Assembly (NCBI GenBank): GCA_963785005.1
Contig: CAWATS010000023.1
Span: 229,778 to 293,777, forward strand
DNA from: an uncultured Actinomycetota bacterium
GTDB taxonomy: Bacteria > Actinomycetota > Actinomycetes > Mycobacteriales > CADCTP01
DNA: 64,000 nt
Direction: 5' to 3'
In this document: one piece after another, positions 51,369 through 62,759 of the stretch
Layout of the letters: each line of letters opens with the position of its first letter
How positions within the stretch are numbered: position 1 is the stretch's first letter
Position numbers and translations under genes: made by a program
The notes under the pieces: generated by a model
What the model was told of the DNA's origin: nothing
Databases searched by the model: none
What the model saw: only the letters and a program-made list of their open reading frames with translations

Positions 51369-52514
51369 GTGGCCGGCACCTACCTCGACGCCGCATCGGC
51401 GGCGCCGCTGCACCCGGTGGCCCGGGAGGCGCTGCTCGCCGCGCTGGACGACGGCTGGGCGGACCCGGCCCGGCTCTACGGGGCGGGCCGGCGCGCCCGG
51501 CTGCTGCTCGACGGCGCCCGCGCGACCGTGGCCGAGGTGGCGGGGGTCCGCCCGGACGAGGTGACCTTCTGCGCCTCCGGGACCCAGGCCGCCCAGCTCG
51601 CCGTCCTCGGCGGCCTCGCCGGCCGGCGCCGCGCCGGCAGCCGGCTCGTGCACTCCGCCGTCGAGCACTCCTGCGTCCTGCACGCCGCCGAGCGGCACGT
51701 CGCGGCCGGCGGCGAGGCGGTCGGCGTGCCCGTCGACCGGCTCGGCCGGGTCGACCCGGCCGCCTTCGGCGCCGCCGTAGCCGCGTCCGGCACCGCCCTG
51801 GCCAGCCTGATGAGCGCCAACCACGAGGTCGGCACCGTGCAGCCGATCGCCGAGGTCGCCGCCGCCTGCGCCCGGGCCGGCGTCCCGCTGCACACCGACG
51901 CCGCGCAGTCGCTCGGCCGGGTGCCGGTGCCGGCCGGCTGGTCGCTGCTGTCGGCCAGCGCGCACAAGTGGGGCGGCCCGCCGGGCGTCGGCGTGCTGGT
52001 GGTCCGGACCGGCACCCGGTGGGTCTCGCCGCTGCCCACCGACGAGCGGGAGCGCGGGCGGACCCCCGGCTTCGAGAACGTGCCGGCCGTCGTCGCCGCC
52101 GCGGCCTCGCTGCGCGCCCGGGCGGCGGAGGCCACCGCGGAGGCCGCCCGCCTGTCGGCCGAGGTGGACCGGATCCGGGCGACCGTGGCGGCGACGGTCC
52201 CCGACGTGGAGGTGGTCGGCGACCCGAGCGGCCGGCTGCCGCACCTGGTCACCTTCTCCTTCCTCTACGTCGACGGCGAGGCGCTGCTGCACGAGCTGGA
52301 CCGTCGCGGCTTCGCCGTGTCCAGCGGCTCGTCCTGCACCTCCTCCACGCTGACGCCCTCGCACGTGCTGGAGGCGATGGGCGTGCTCTCGCACGGCAAC
52401 GTGCGGGTCTCGCTGCACCGCGACACGACCGCCGCCGACGTCGACCGGCTCCTCGCCGTGCTGCCCGAGGTGGTCGCCGACCTGCGCCGGACCGCCGGGG
52501 TGGCCGGCCTGTGA
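51369..52514 (+). CDS. cysteine desulfurase family protein (class V aminotransferase, NifS/IscS-like)
   Basis: 381 codons from GTG 51369. It has the PLP lysine context SASAHKWGGP and the catalytic Cys loop SSGSSCTS. Confidence 0.85.
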   Translation: MAGTYLDAASAAPLHPVAREALLAALDDGWADPARLYGAGRRARLLLDGARATVAEVAGVRPDEVTFCASGTQAAQLAVLGGLAGRRRAGSRLVHSAVEHSCVLHAAERHVAAGGEAVGVPVDRLGRVDPAAFGAAVAASGTALASLMSANHEVGTVQPIAEVAAACARAGVPLHTDAAQSLGRVPVPAGWSLLSASAHKWGGPPGVGVLVVRTGTRWVSPLPTDERERGRTPGFENVPAVVAAAASLRARAAEATAEAARLSAEVDRIRATVAATVPDVEVVGDPSGRLPHLVTFSFLYVDGEALLHELDRRGFAVSSGSSCTSSTLTPSHVLEAMGVLSHGNVRVSLHRDTTAADVDRLLAVLPEVVADLRRTAGVAGL

Positions 52515-52690
52515 GCGAGCGCGAGGGCTCGCAGCGCGAGCGGGGAGCGAGGAGGGCGGTCGGGCCGGCGCTTGCGCCGGCCGGGCCGGCCGAGGAGCGG
52601 ACATGAGCGAGCGCGAGGGCTCGCAGCGCGAGCGGGGAGCGAGGAGGGCGGTCGGGCCGGCGCTTGCGGCCGGGCCGGCCGGAGCGGACA
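52512..52690 (+). repeat. two tandem copies (92 and 87 nt) of a junction segment, each bounded by TGAGCGAGC
   Basis: Unit 1 is 52512-52603 and unit 2 is 52604-52690. They are identical except for 5 nt of indels near the 3' end. A third TGAGCGAGC starts at 52691, inside the tusA-like start. Confidence 0.9.
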
Positions 52691-52926
52691 TGAGCGAGCC
52701 GGCCGTCACCCTGGACTGCCGCGGCCGGCGCTGCCCGCTGCCGGTGATCGAGCTGGCCCGCCGGATCGGCGACGTCGGGGTCGGTCAGGTGGTCGCGGTC
52801 GCCGCCGACGACCCGGCGGCGCGGCTGGACGTGCCCGCGTGGTGCCGGATGCGCGGCCAGGACTTCCTGGGCGAGTCGCCGGCCCCGGACGGCGTCCCGG
52901 TGTTCTCGGTCCGCCGCACCCGCTAG
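52690..52926 (+). CDS. TusA/SirA-family sulfurtransferase
   Basis: ATG 52690 gives MSEPAVTLDCRGRRCPLPVIELARR (the CPxP active-site motif). An in-frame upstream ATG at 52603 would add a 29-aa repeat-encoded extension (the 107-aa track ORF). Confidence 0.8.
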   Translation: MSEPAVTLDCRGRRCPLPVIELARRIGDVGVGQVVAVAADDPAARLDVPAWCRMRGQDFLGESPAPDGVPVFSVRRTR

Positions 52927-53015
52927 CCAGCGCGGTGACGAGCGTTCCCTGACACCTCCAGTGCGTGGCTCCCCGGCGAGCGAAATCCGGTGGTGCCCCG
53001 AGGGACGCTGGTGGC

Positions 53016-53858
53016 GTGGAGTGGGTGGTCGAGACCGAGCTGGCCGCGTACGGTCGGCGGGTCCTGCCCTGGCTGGAGCGCGACCCGGTCCGCAACACGG
53101 TGCAGGCGACGGTGCTGCTCAGCCGGCTGGACGGCACCGCGGACCCGGGCGGGGAGTGGCTCGGCTGGCTGCGCGACGCCGACGGCGCGGTCGCCGGCGT
53201 CGCACTGCGCACGCCGCCCCGCGGCCTGCTGGTCTCCCCGCTGCCCCCGGGCGCCCCGGTCGCGCTCGCCGCCGTCGCCGCCGCCGTCGCCGGGCCGCGC
53301 CTGCCCGGCGCCGCGGGACCGGCAGCCGAGGTGGCGGACTTCGCCACCGCGTACGCGGCCCGCACCGGCGGGCGGGCCGCGGTCGCCGTCCGGCAGCGGC
53401 TGTTCCGGCTGGACCGGCTGGTGCCCGCGACGCCGGTGCCGGGCCGGCTGCGCGAGGCGACCGGGGACGACGCCGAGCGGTGCGCGGCCTGGTACGCCGA
53501 CTTCTCGGCCGAGGCCGGCAAGCCGCCGCCGGAGGACCCGGCGGCGACCACCCGGCGGATCGTCACGCAGCGGCGGCTGCTGCTCTGGGAGGTGGACGGT
53601 CGGGCGGTCTCGATGGTCGGCCACACCCGGACCGTGGCCGGCGTGCCGCGGGTCGGACCGGTCTACACGCCGCCCGCCCACCGCCGCCGCGGCTACGCCG
53701 CGGCGGCCACCGGCGCGACCTGCGCCCGGCTGCTGGACCGCGGCGCGACGGCGGTCGTGCTGTTCGCCGACCGCGCCAATCCCACCTCGACGGGCGTCTA
53801 CCGGCGGCTCGGCTTCGACCCGGTCTGCGACCACGACGACTGGGGGCTGGAATACTGA
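53016..53858 (+). CDS. GNAT-family N-acetyltransferase
   Basis: I chose GTG 53016 because GAGGGA lies upstream. The C-terminal GNAT core reads VYTPPAHRRRGYAAAATGATCARLL...NPTSTGVYRRLGF. Confidence 0.7.
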   Translation: MEWVVETELAAYGRRVLPWLERDPVRNTVQATVLLSRLDGTADPGGEWLGWLRDADGAVAGVALRTPPRGLLVSPLPPGAPVALAAVAAAVAGPRLPGAAGPAAEVADFATAYAARTGGRAAVAVRQRLFRLDRLVPATPVPGRLREATGDDAERCAAWYADFSAEAGKPPPEDPAATTRRIVTQRRLLLWEVDGRAVSMVGHTRTVAGVPRVGPVYTPPAHRRRGYAAAATGATCARLLDRGATAVVLFADRANPTSTGVYRRLGFDPVCDHDDWGLEY

Positions 53859-53892
53859 GCGGCTGCGGACCCAAACGATCGGAGACCCCACG

Positions 53893-55791
53893 GTGTGCGG
53901 CCTGCTCGGCTTCCTCAGCAACGACCGCACCGCCAAGGAGGTGCGCGACGACGTCGCGGCCGCGCTCGAGCTGGCCCACCATCGCGGCCCGGACGAGGGC
54001 GGCACGCTGCACGACGAGGACACCGTCCTCGGCTTCCGCCGGCTCTCGATCATCGACCTCGACAACAGCCACCAGCCGCTGCCGTACGACGACGGCCGCT
54101 ACTGGCTGCTGTTCAACGGCGAGATCTACAACTACGTGGAGCTGCGCGAGCGGCTGGCCCGCGAGCACGGCGCGAGCTTCGCCACCGACGGCGACGGCGA
54201 GACCATCCTCGCCGCGTACCAGTACCTCGGCGAGGACTGCGTCCGCGAGCTGCGCGGGATGTTCGCCTTCCTGATCTGGGACACCGAGGAGCGGGTGCTG
54301 TTCGGGGCGCGGGACTGGTTCGGGATCAAGCCGCTGTTCACGATGACCGACGAGCGCGGCACCTTCTTCGGCTCCGAGAAGAAGTCGCTGCTCGAGCTCG
54401 GCGGCCGCGCCGGCGCCGAGGAGCTGGACACCCGCTCGCTGCAGCACTACCTGACCCTGCAGTACGTCCCCGAGCCGGCGACGATGCACCGGCGGATCCG
54501 CCGGGTGGAGAGTGGCACCGCGTTCCGGCTTCGCCCGGGCGGCGAGCTGCAGACCTGGCGCTACTTCCGGCCGAGTTTCCCGATCCGGGCCGTCGACGAC
54601 GAGCAGCGGCGCTACGACGAGGTCCGCGAGGTGGTCGAGGACTCCGTCGCCAAGCACATGCGCGCGGACGTCACCGTCGGCGCGTTCCTGTCCGGCGGCA
54701 TCGACTCGACCGCCATCGCCGCGCTGGCGAAGCGGCACAACCCGCAGCTGATCACCTTCACCACCGGCTTCCAGCGGCCGGGCTTCAGCGAGGTCGACGT
54801 CGCCGCGAGGTCGGCGGAGGCGCTCGGCGTCACACAGATCACCAGGACGGTGACGCCGCAGGAGATGATGGACACGCTGCCGTTGATCGTCTGGTACCTC
54901 GACGACCCGGTCGCCGACCCGGCCCTGGTCCCGCTCTACTTCATCGCCCGCGAGGCGCGCAAGCACGTGAAGGTGGTGCTGTCCGGGGAGGGTGCGGACG
55001 AGCTGTTCGGCGGCTACAACATCTACCGGGAGCCGCTGTCGCTCAGCGCGCTCACGGCGCTGCCGCCGCCGGTCCGCTCGGCGCTGGGCGGGGTGTCGCG
55101 GCGGCTGCCGCGGGGCATGCGCGGCAAGGACCTGCTGCGCCGCGCGTCGATCCCGCTGGAGGAGCGCTACTACGGCAACGCCCGGATCTTCCGCGACGAC
55201 GAGCTCGGCTTCCTGCGGGTGCGTGACCCCGGCGTCTCGTTCCGGGACGTCACCGACCCGGTGTACGCGGAGATCGCCGGTGCCGACGACGTGACCCGGA
55301 TGCAGTACGTGGACCTGTTCACCTGGCTGCGCGGCGACATCCTGGTCAAGGCGGACAAGATGACGATGGCCAACTCGCTGGAGCTGCGGGTCCCGTTCCT
55401 CGACATCGAGGTCTTCCGGGTCGCCTCGACGCTCCCCGTCGCGCAGCGGGTCACTCGCAACCAGACCAAGGTGGCGCTGCGACGGGCGTTGCGCGACGTC
55501 GTGCCGCCGCACGTGCTGCACCGGCGCAAGCTCGGCTTCCCGGTGCCGATCCGGCACTGGCTGAAGGACGAGATGTACGAGTGGGCGCGGGAGATCGTCG
55601 GCAGCAGCGGCACCGAGCACCTGATCGACCGGTCCGCCGTGCTGGCGATGCTCGACGAGCACCGCGCCGGCCCGCACGACTACGGCCGCAAGATCTGGAC
55701 GCTGCTGGTCTTCATGCTCTGGCACGGGATCTTCGTCGAGCAGCGGATCACCCCGCAGATCCCCGCCCCCGTCTACCCCGTCAGCGTCTAG
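53893..55791 (+). CDS. asnB: asparagine synthase (glutamine-hydrolysing)
   Basis: GTG-TGC start (N-terminal nucleophile Cys: CGLLGF) after GGAGA. It has the PP-loop FLSGGIDST and is 632 aa. Confidence 0.9.
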   Translation: MCGLLGFLSNDRTAKEVRDDVAAALELAHHRGPDEGGTLHDEDTVLGFRRLSIIDLDNSHQPLPYDDGRYWLLFNGEIYNYVELRERLAREHGASFATDGDGETILAAYQYLGEDCVRELRGMFAFLIWDTEERVLFGARDWFGIKPLFTMTDERGTFFGSEKKSLLELGGRAGAEELDTRSLQHYLTLQYVPEPATMHRRIRRVESGTAFRLRPGGELQTWRYFRPSFPIRAVDDEQRRYDEVREVVEDSVAKHMRADVTVGAFLSGGIDSTAIAALAKRHNPQLITFTTGFQRPGFSEVDVAARSAEALGVTQITRTVTPQEMMDTLPLIVWYLDDPVADPALVPLYFIAREARKHVKVVLSGEGADELFGGYNIYREPLSLSALTALPPPVRSALGGVSRRLPRGMRGKDLLRRASIPLEERYYGNARIFRDDELGFLRVRDPGVSFRDVTDPVYAEIAGADDVTRMQYVDLFTWLRGDILVKADKMTMANSLELRVPFLDIEVFRVASTLPVAQRVTRNQTKVALRRALRDVVPPHVLHRRKLGFPVPIRHWLKDEMYEWAREIVGSSGTEHLIDRSAVLAMLDEHRAGPHDYGRKIWTLLVFMLWHGIFVEQRITPQIPAPVYPVSV

Positions 55792-55981
55792 GGCCGGGCG
55801 GGCGGCGTGGGCGCGCCGGAGCGCTGGCCGGTCTCCGGTGCGCGGCAGTGGCCGGGCCTGCGGTCGGAGTACGCGCGGCTTGCCCCGCACGAGGGTCCCA
55901 CCGTGACCGGGCCCGCACCGTCCCCGTCCACCCCGCCGCCGACTAGGGATCCTCACCGCTCGGGGCGCCGACCCGGCTCCG

Positions 55982-58414
<2,433 letters not shown>

Positions 58415-58422
<8 letters not shown>

Positions 58423-59014
58423 CGCCGCTCACCTCCTCGGCGAGCGGCACCGAGCGGCGCAGCCGGTCCAGCCCGCGCGACAGCGAGCTCTTCACGGTGC
58501 CGGCGCGCAGCCCCAGCACCGCGGCCGTCTCCGCCTCCGACAGGTCGAGCAGGTACCGGCAGGTCACCACGTCCCGCTGCCGCTCCGGCAGCGCCCGCAC
58601 GGCGGCCAGCAACGCCCGGGAGGCCGCGGAGGCGAGCGCCGCCGACTCCGGCGACGGCCGCGGGTCCGGCGCGGACACCGCCGGATCGAGCCGGGTGGCG
58701 CGGGTGACCAGGCCGGCGCGGCGCCCGGCGGAGCGGCGCACGTTCGCCGCCTCGTGCGCGACGATCGCCAGCAGCCACGGCCGGAAGGCGGCGCCGGGCC
58801 GGAAGCCGCCCAGCCCCCGGTACGCCTTCACGAACGCCTCCTGCACCACGTCGTCGGCCTCGGAACCACCGCCCAGCAGCACCGCGGTCCGGTGCGCGAC
58901 CGGCGCGTACCGCCGGACCAGCAGCTCGTACGCCGCCAGGTCGCCGATCCGGGCGCGCTCGAGGAGCGCGCCGTCGGCCGGCGCGCCGTCCGTGCCGTCC
59001 CGGTCCGGGTCCAG
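58415..59014 (-). CDS. ECF-type RNA polymerase sigma-70 family factor (start codon uncertain)
   Basis: Region 2 reads DDVVQEAFVKAYRGLGGFRPGAAFRPWLLAIVAHEA. Region 4 reads LPERQRDVVTCRYLLDLSEAETAAVLGLRAGTVKSSLSRGLDRLR. No in-frame ATG exists. CTG 59014 has AGGAG 5 nt upstream; GTG 59095 is the alternative. Confidence 0.75.
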
Positions 59015-59129
59015 CGCCGCTCCTGAGCAGTGACGGGTCTCACCAGCAGTACACCGCGCCGCGCGGTCAGGTTCCGGGAATCGGCCGGACGGCACGGCGT
59101 TGCGCCGATAGGACTGGGAGGATGAGCCG

Positions 59130-60320
59130 ATGACGTCGGTCGAGGACCTCGATCTGCCGGCGGGCGTGCAGCCCACGCCGCTGGCGTTGCTGCTGCTCGG
59201 CCGGGGCACCGACCCGGACTCCGAGCGCGGCGTGGAGTGCCCAGGCGCGCTGCCCGCCGCGTCCGACCCCACGCTGGTGGAGCGGGCCCGCACGGCGAAG
59301 GCCGCGCTGGGCGAGCGGGCCTTCGTGCTCGGCCACCACTACCAGCGCGAGGAGGTCATCCGGTACGCCGACGTGACCGGCGACTCCTTCAAGCTCGCGC
59401 AGCAGGCCGCGGACCGGCCGGCCGCGGAGTACATCGTCTTCTGCGGGGTCCACTTCATGGCGGAGTCCGCGGACATCCTGACCGCCGACTCGCAGCAGGT
59501 CGTGCTGCCCGATCTCGCCGCCGGCTGCTCGATGGCGGACATGGCGAGCTTCGAGCAGGTCGAGGAGGCCTGGGAGGTGCTGGCCGACGCCGGGGTGGCG
59601 GACCGCACCGTCCCGGTCACGTACATGAACTCGTCCGCCGCCATCAAGGGCTTCACCGGCCGGCACGGCGGCACCGTCTGCACCTCCTCGAACGCCAGGC
59701 GCGCGCTGGAGTGGGCGGTCGGCCCGCGCGGGGCGGAGAAGGTGCTCTTCCTGCCCGACCAGCACCTCGGCCGCAACACGGCGGTGCTGGAGATGGGCAT
59801 GTCGCTGGGCGACTGCGTGCTGTTCGACCCGCACAAGCCGGGCGGCGGGCTGAGCCCGCAGGCCCTGCGGGACGCCCGGATGATCCTGTGGCGCGGGCAC
59901 TGCTCGGTGCACGGCCGGTTCCGCAAGGAGTCGGTGGACGACGTCCGGGAGCGGATCCCGGGCGTCACGGTGATCGTGCACCCGGAGTGCCGGCACGACG
60001 TGGTCACCGCCGCCGACCTGGTCGGGTCGACCGAGTACATCATCCGAGCCGTCGAGGCCGCCCCGCCCGGCTCGGCGTTCGCGGTCGGCACCGAGCTCAA
60101 CCTGGTGCAGCGGCTGGCCCGGCGGCACCCGGACAAGACCGTGGTCTTCCTCGACCGGGCCGTCTGCTACTGCTCGACGATGAACCGGATCGACCTGCCG
60201 CACCTGGTGTGGGCACTCGAGTCGCTGGCCGCGGGGCAGGTCGTCAACCGGATCACCGTCGAGCCGGAGACGGCGCGGTACGCCCGGGCCGCCCTCGACC
60301 AGATGCTCGCGCTCCCGTAG
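59130..60320 (+). CDS. nadA: quinolinate synthase
   Basis: A 396-aa ATG ORF after GGGAGGA. It has NadA motifs (FCGVHFMAESADIL, CSMADM, HPEC). Confidence 0.9.
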   Translation: MTSVEDLDLPAGVQPTPLALLLLGRGTDPDSERGVECPGALPAASDPTLVERARTAKAALGERAFVLGHHYQREEVIRYADVTGDSFKLAQQAADRPAAEYIVFCGVHFMAESADILTADSQQVVLPDLAAGCSMADMASFEQVEEAWEVLADAGVADRTVPVTYMNSSAAIKGFTGRHGGTVCTSSNARRALEWAVGPRGAEKVLFLPDQHLGRNTAVLEMGMSLGDCVLFDPHKPGGGLSPQALRDARMILWRGHCSVHGRFRKESVDDVRERIPGVTVIVHPECRHDVVTAADLVGSTEYIIRAVEAAPPGSAFAVGTELNLVQRLARRHPDKTVVFLDRAVCYCSTMNRIDLPHLVWALESLAAGQVVNRITVEPETARYARAALDQMLALP

Positions 60321-60354
60321 GGCACGCCCCGGTCGCTGCACTAGGCTCCACGAC

Positions 60355-60978
60355 GTGAGGCTGCTGCGCCGCCGGAACGATCCTCCGGCCGACGTCGAGG
60401 GCGCCGAGCCGGTCGAGCCGGTGGCGGGCGCGGACTCGCTCGACCCGCGGCGGACGCCCGGCAAGGGCCGGCCGACGCCGCGCCGGCGGGAGGCGCAGCG
60501 GCGCCGGACCGGGCCGGTGGCGCCGCCGCCGCGGACCCGCCGCGAGGCGTACCGGCGGATGCGCGAGCAGGGTGGCGACCGGCGGGCCGAGGCACGGGAG
60601 GGGCTGCGCTCCGGCGACGAGCGCTTCCTGACCGCGCGCGACCGCGGCCCCGAGCGGCGCCTGGTCCGCGACATCGTCGACTCCCGCCGCAACGCCGGCG
60701 TGCTGTTCCTCTTCGTGGCCGTGATCTACATGGCCAGCCTGTTCGTGCGGGACGTGCGCCTGCAGGCCATCGCCGTGAGCCTCTGGCTGACCGTGCTGGT
60801 GCTGCTCGTCGCCGACTCGGCGATGCTCGGCGTCCGGATCCGCCGGCTGGTCCGGGAACGCTTCCCGGACACCAAGCAGTCGATCCGCGGGCTGATCTTC
60901 TACGGCGTCACCCGGGCCACCATGTTCCGGCGCTGGCGGGCCCCGAAGGCGCAGGTCTCGGTCGGCGACCGGGTCTGA
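60355..60978 (+). CDS. DUF3043-family membrane protein
   Basis: 207 aa with a GTG start. It has a basic N-terminal region (GKGRPTPRRREAQ), then two TM segments. This matches the Rv2206-type family as I recall it. Confidence 0.75.
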   Translation: MRLLRRRNDPPADVEGAEPVEPVAGADSLDPRRTPGKGRPTPRRREAQRRRTGPVAPPPRTRREAYRRMREQGGDRRAEAREGLRSGDERFLTARDRGPERRLVRDIVDSRRNAGVLFLFVAVIYMASLFVRDVRLQAIAVSLWLTVLVLLVADSAMLGVRIRRLVRERFPDTKQSIRGLIFYGVTRATMFRRWRAPKAQVSVGDRV

Positions 60979-61005
60979 GCCGGCGCCGACCCCGATGACC
61001 GGAGC

Positions 61006-61215
61006 TCAGCCCTCGTCGGCGGGCGTCAGCGGCATCGCGTACTCGACCCGCCCGTCCTCGACCAGCACCACCTGGGCGACGCCGGAGTCCAGCAGGTCGC
61101 GCCAGGCATCGCCGAGCCACGCCTCGGCGTCCGCCTTGGTCCCGAAGTCGCTCGCCGCCGGCGGCCGCGGCGGCGGCAGTCCGGCGGCGTCCTCGTACCG
61201 CCACGTCCAGGTCAC
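61006..61215 (-). CDS. hypothetical small protein (69 aa)
   Basis: A GTG ORF reading TWTWRYEDAAGL...KADAEAWLGDAWRDLLDSGVAQVVLVEDGRVEYAMPL. It is a non-repetitive sequence. No family recognised. Confidence 0.5.
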   Translation of the reverse strand: MTWTWRYEDAAGLPPPRPPAASDFGTKADAEAWLGDAWRDLLDSGVAQVVLVEDGRVEYAMPLTPADEG

Positions 61216-61231
61216 CCCGGCAGGTTAGGCG

Positions 61232-62755
61232 ATGCGGGTGGTGATGCTCGGCACCGGCGCCGCCGACGGCTGGCCGAACCCGTTCTGCGGCTGCGCGTCG
61301 TGCGGTGCGGTGCGCGGCACGGCGGACGTGCGCGGCCAGACCTCGGCGCTGGTCGACGGCACGCTGCTGCTCGACTGCGGCCCGGACGCGCCGCGGGCGG
61401 CGGCGCGGCTCGGGGTGCCGCTGGCCGGGGTACGGCACCTGCTGCTCACCCATGCGCACCCGGACCACGTCGGGCCGTCGGCGCTGCTGTGGCGGCGGTG
61501 GGCGTCGGTCTCGGCACCGCTGGACGTGGTCGGTCCGGCGGCGGCGCTGGACCTGTGCCGCGACTGGGTCGGGCCGGACGACCCGGTCCGCTGGCGGCCG
61601 GTGGCGGCGGGCTCGGCGCTGCGGCTGGGGGCGTACGCGGTGCGGGCGCTGCCGGCGGCGCACGACGGCGAGGCGCTGCTGTGGGACGTCACCGGGCCGT
61701 CCGGGTCGCGACTGCTGTACGCGACCGACACCGGGCCACTGCCCGCGGCGACCCTGGCGCTGGCGGCGGGCGCGGCGTACGGGCTGGTGCTGCTGGAGGA
61801 GACCTTCGGCGCGGTTGCGGACCACGGGACCGCGCACCTGGACCTGTCCACGTTCCCGCTCGCGCTCGCCGAGCTGCGCCGGGTCGGGGCGGTGGCGGCG
61901 GGTACCCGGGTGGTGGCGGTGCACCTGGGCCACCGGAACCCGCCGCCGTCCGAGCTGGCCGCGCGGCTGGCGCGGTGGGGAGCCGAGCTGTGCCGGGACG
62001 GAGCGGTGCTGGACGTCGCCGACCGGGCCGGCTCCCCCGACCCGGGCGCCGGGCAGGACGCGGGCAGCGCGCCGGAGCCGGGCACCGCGCCGGAGCCGGG
62101 CACCGCGCCGGAGCCGGGCTGGCCCGGCACCGGGGCGCCCCACCGGCCGCACCGCACGCTCGTGCTCGGCGGTGCGCGGTCCGGGAAGTCGTCGTGGGCG
62201 GAGGCGGCGCTGCGGGCGGCGCCGGAGGTGACCTACGTCGCCACCGCTCCGTCCTATCCGGACGATCCGGAGTGGACGGAGCGGGTGGCGCTGCACCGGG
62301 CGCGCCGCCCGGCGGCGTGGCGGACGGTCGAGACCGCGGACGTGGCCGCGCTGCTCGGCTCGGCGACCGGGCCGGTGCTCGTCGACGACATCGGCAACTG
62401 GCTGACCGTCGCGCTGGACCGGGCCGGCGTCTGGTCCGACCCGGCCGCGCTGCCGGCCGTCCGGGCCGAGACCGACGAGCTGGTCGCGGCGTGGCGGGCG
62501 GCGCGGGTGCCCGTCGTGGCCGTCTCGAACGAGGTCGGCGCCGGGGTGGTGCCGGCGACGCCGTCCGGCCGGCTGTTCCGGGACGAGCTGGGGCGGCTGA
62601 ACGCGCGGCTGGCGGCGGAGTCCGACGAGGTGGTGCTGCTGGTGGCGGGGCTGCCGGTGCCGCTGCGCTCGGCCCCGGGCGGCACCGGCGGGTGGGTGGG
62701 GCCGCCCTGGGCGGTCGGGTACCGTCCCGGCCCGGCACCGACGTCAGGAGACTAG
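61232..62755 (+). CDS. cobU: fusion protein: PhnP-like MBL-fold hydrolase domain + adenosylcobinamide kinase/adenosylcobinamide-phosphate guanylyltransferase
   Basis: The N-terminus reads [20 protein letters not shown] plus THAHPDH (MBL, PhnP-like Cys cluster). A Pro/Glu/Gly repeat linker follows. The C-terminal CobU/CobP domain has the P-loop [13 protein letters not shown]. No plausible internal start for a separate cobU was seen. Confidence 0.75.
   Translation: MRVVMLGTGAADGWPNPFCGCASCGAVRGTADVRGQTSALVDGTLLLDCGPDAPRAAARLGVPLAGVRHLLLTHAHPDHVGPSALLWRRWASVSAPLDVVGPAAALDLCRDWVGPDDPVRWRPVAAGSALRLGAYAVRALPAAHDGEALLWDVTGPSGSRLLYATDTGPLPAATLALAAGAAYGLVLLEETFGAVADHGTAHLDLSTFPLALAELRRVGAVAAGTRVVAVHLGHRNPPPSELAARLARWGAELCRDGAVLDVADRAGSPDPGAGQDAGSAPEPGTAPEPGTAPEPGWPGTGAPHRPHRTLVLGGARSGKSSWAEAALRAAPEVTYVATAPSYPDDPEWTERVALHRARRPAAWRTVETADVAALLGSATGPVLVDDIGNWLTVALDRAGVWSDPAALPAVRAETDELVAAWRAARVPVVAVSNEVGAGVVPATPSGRLFRDELGRLNARLAAESDEVVLLVAGLPVPLRSAPGGTGGWVGPPWAVGYRPGPAPTSGD
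62066..62119 (+). repeat. 3 x 18-bp in-frame tandem repeat in the interdomain linker
   Basis: The units are agcgcgccggagccgggc / accgcgccggagccgggc / accgcgccggagccgggc. They encode [18 protein letters not shown]. Confidence 0.9.
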
Positions 62756-62759
62756 GGGC

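Noticed and set aside
52512-52690. CRISPR array
   Set aside because: There are only two directly abutting ~90-nt units with no unique spacers and no cas genes. It is a tandem duplication.
52603-52926. 107-aa track ORF as the TusA protein
   Set aside because: The first 29 residues are encoded by the duplicated junction unit, and TusA-family sequence begins at the ATG at 52690. The longer form is possible, but I did not take it as the primary call.
59015-59095. GTG 59095 as the ECF sigma start
   Set aside because: It would leave only 34 nt to the divergent nadA ATG. It would add about 27 non-family-like residues (VPSGRFPEPDRAARCTAGETRHCSGAA) upstream of CTG 59014. The CTG 59014 start with an AGGAG RBS was preferred, but this remains uncertain.
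61216-62759. Cobalamin riboswitch near the cob genes
   Set aside because: The upstream gaps are 16 nt and 4 nt, and no B12-box-like sequence was seen.
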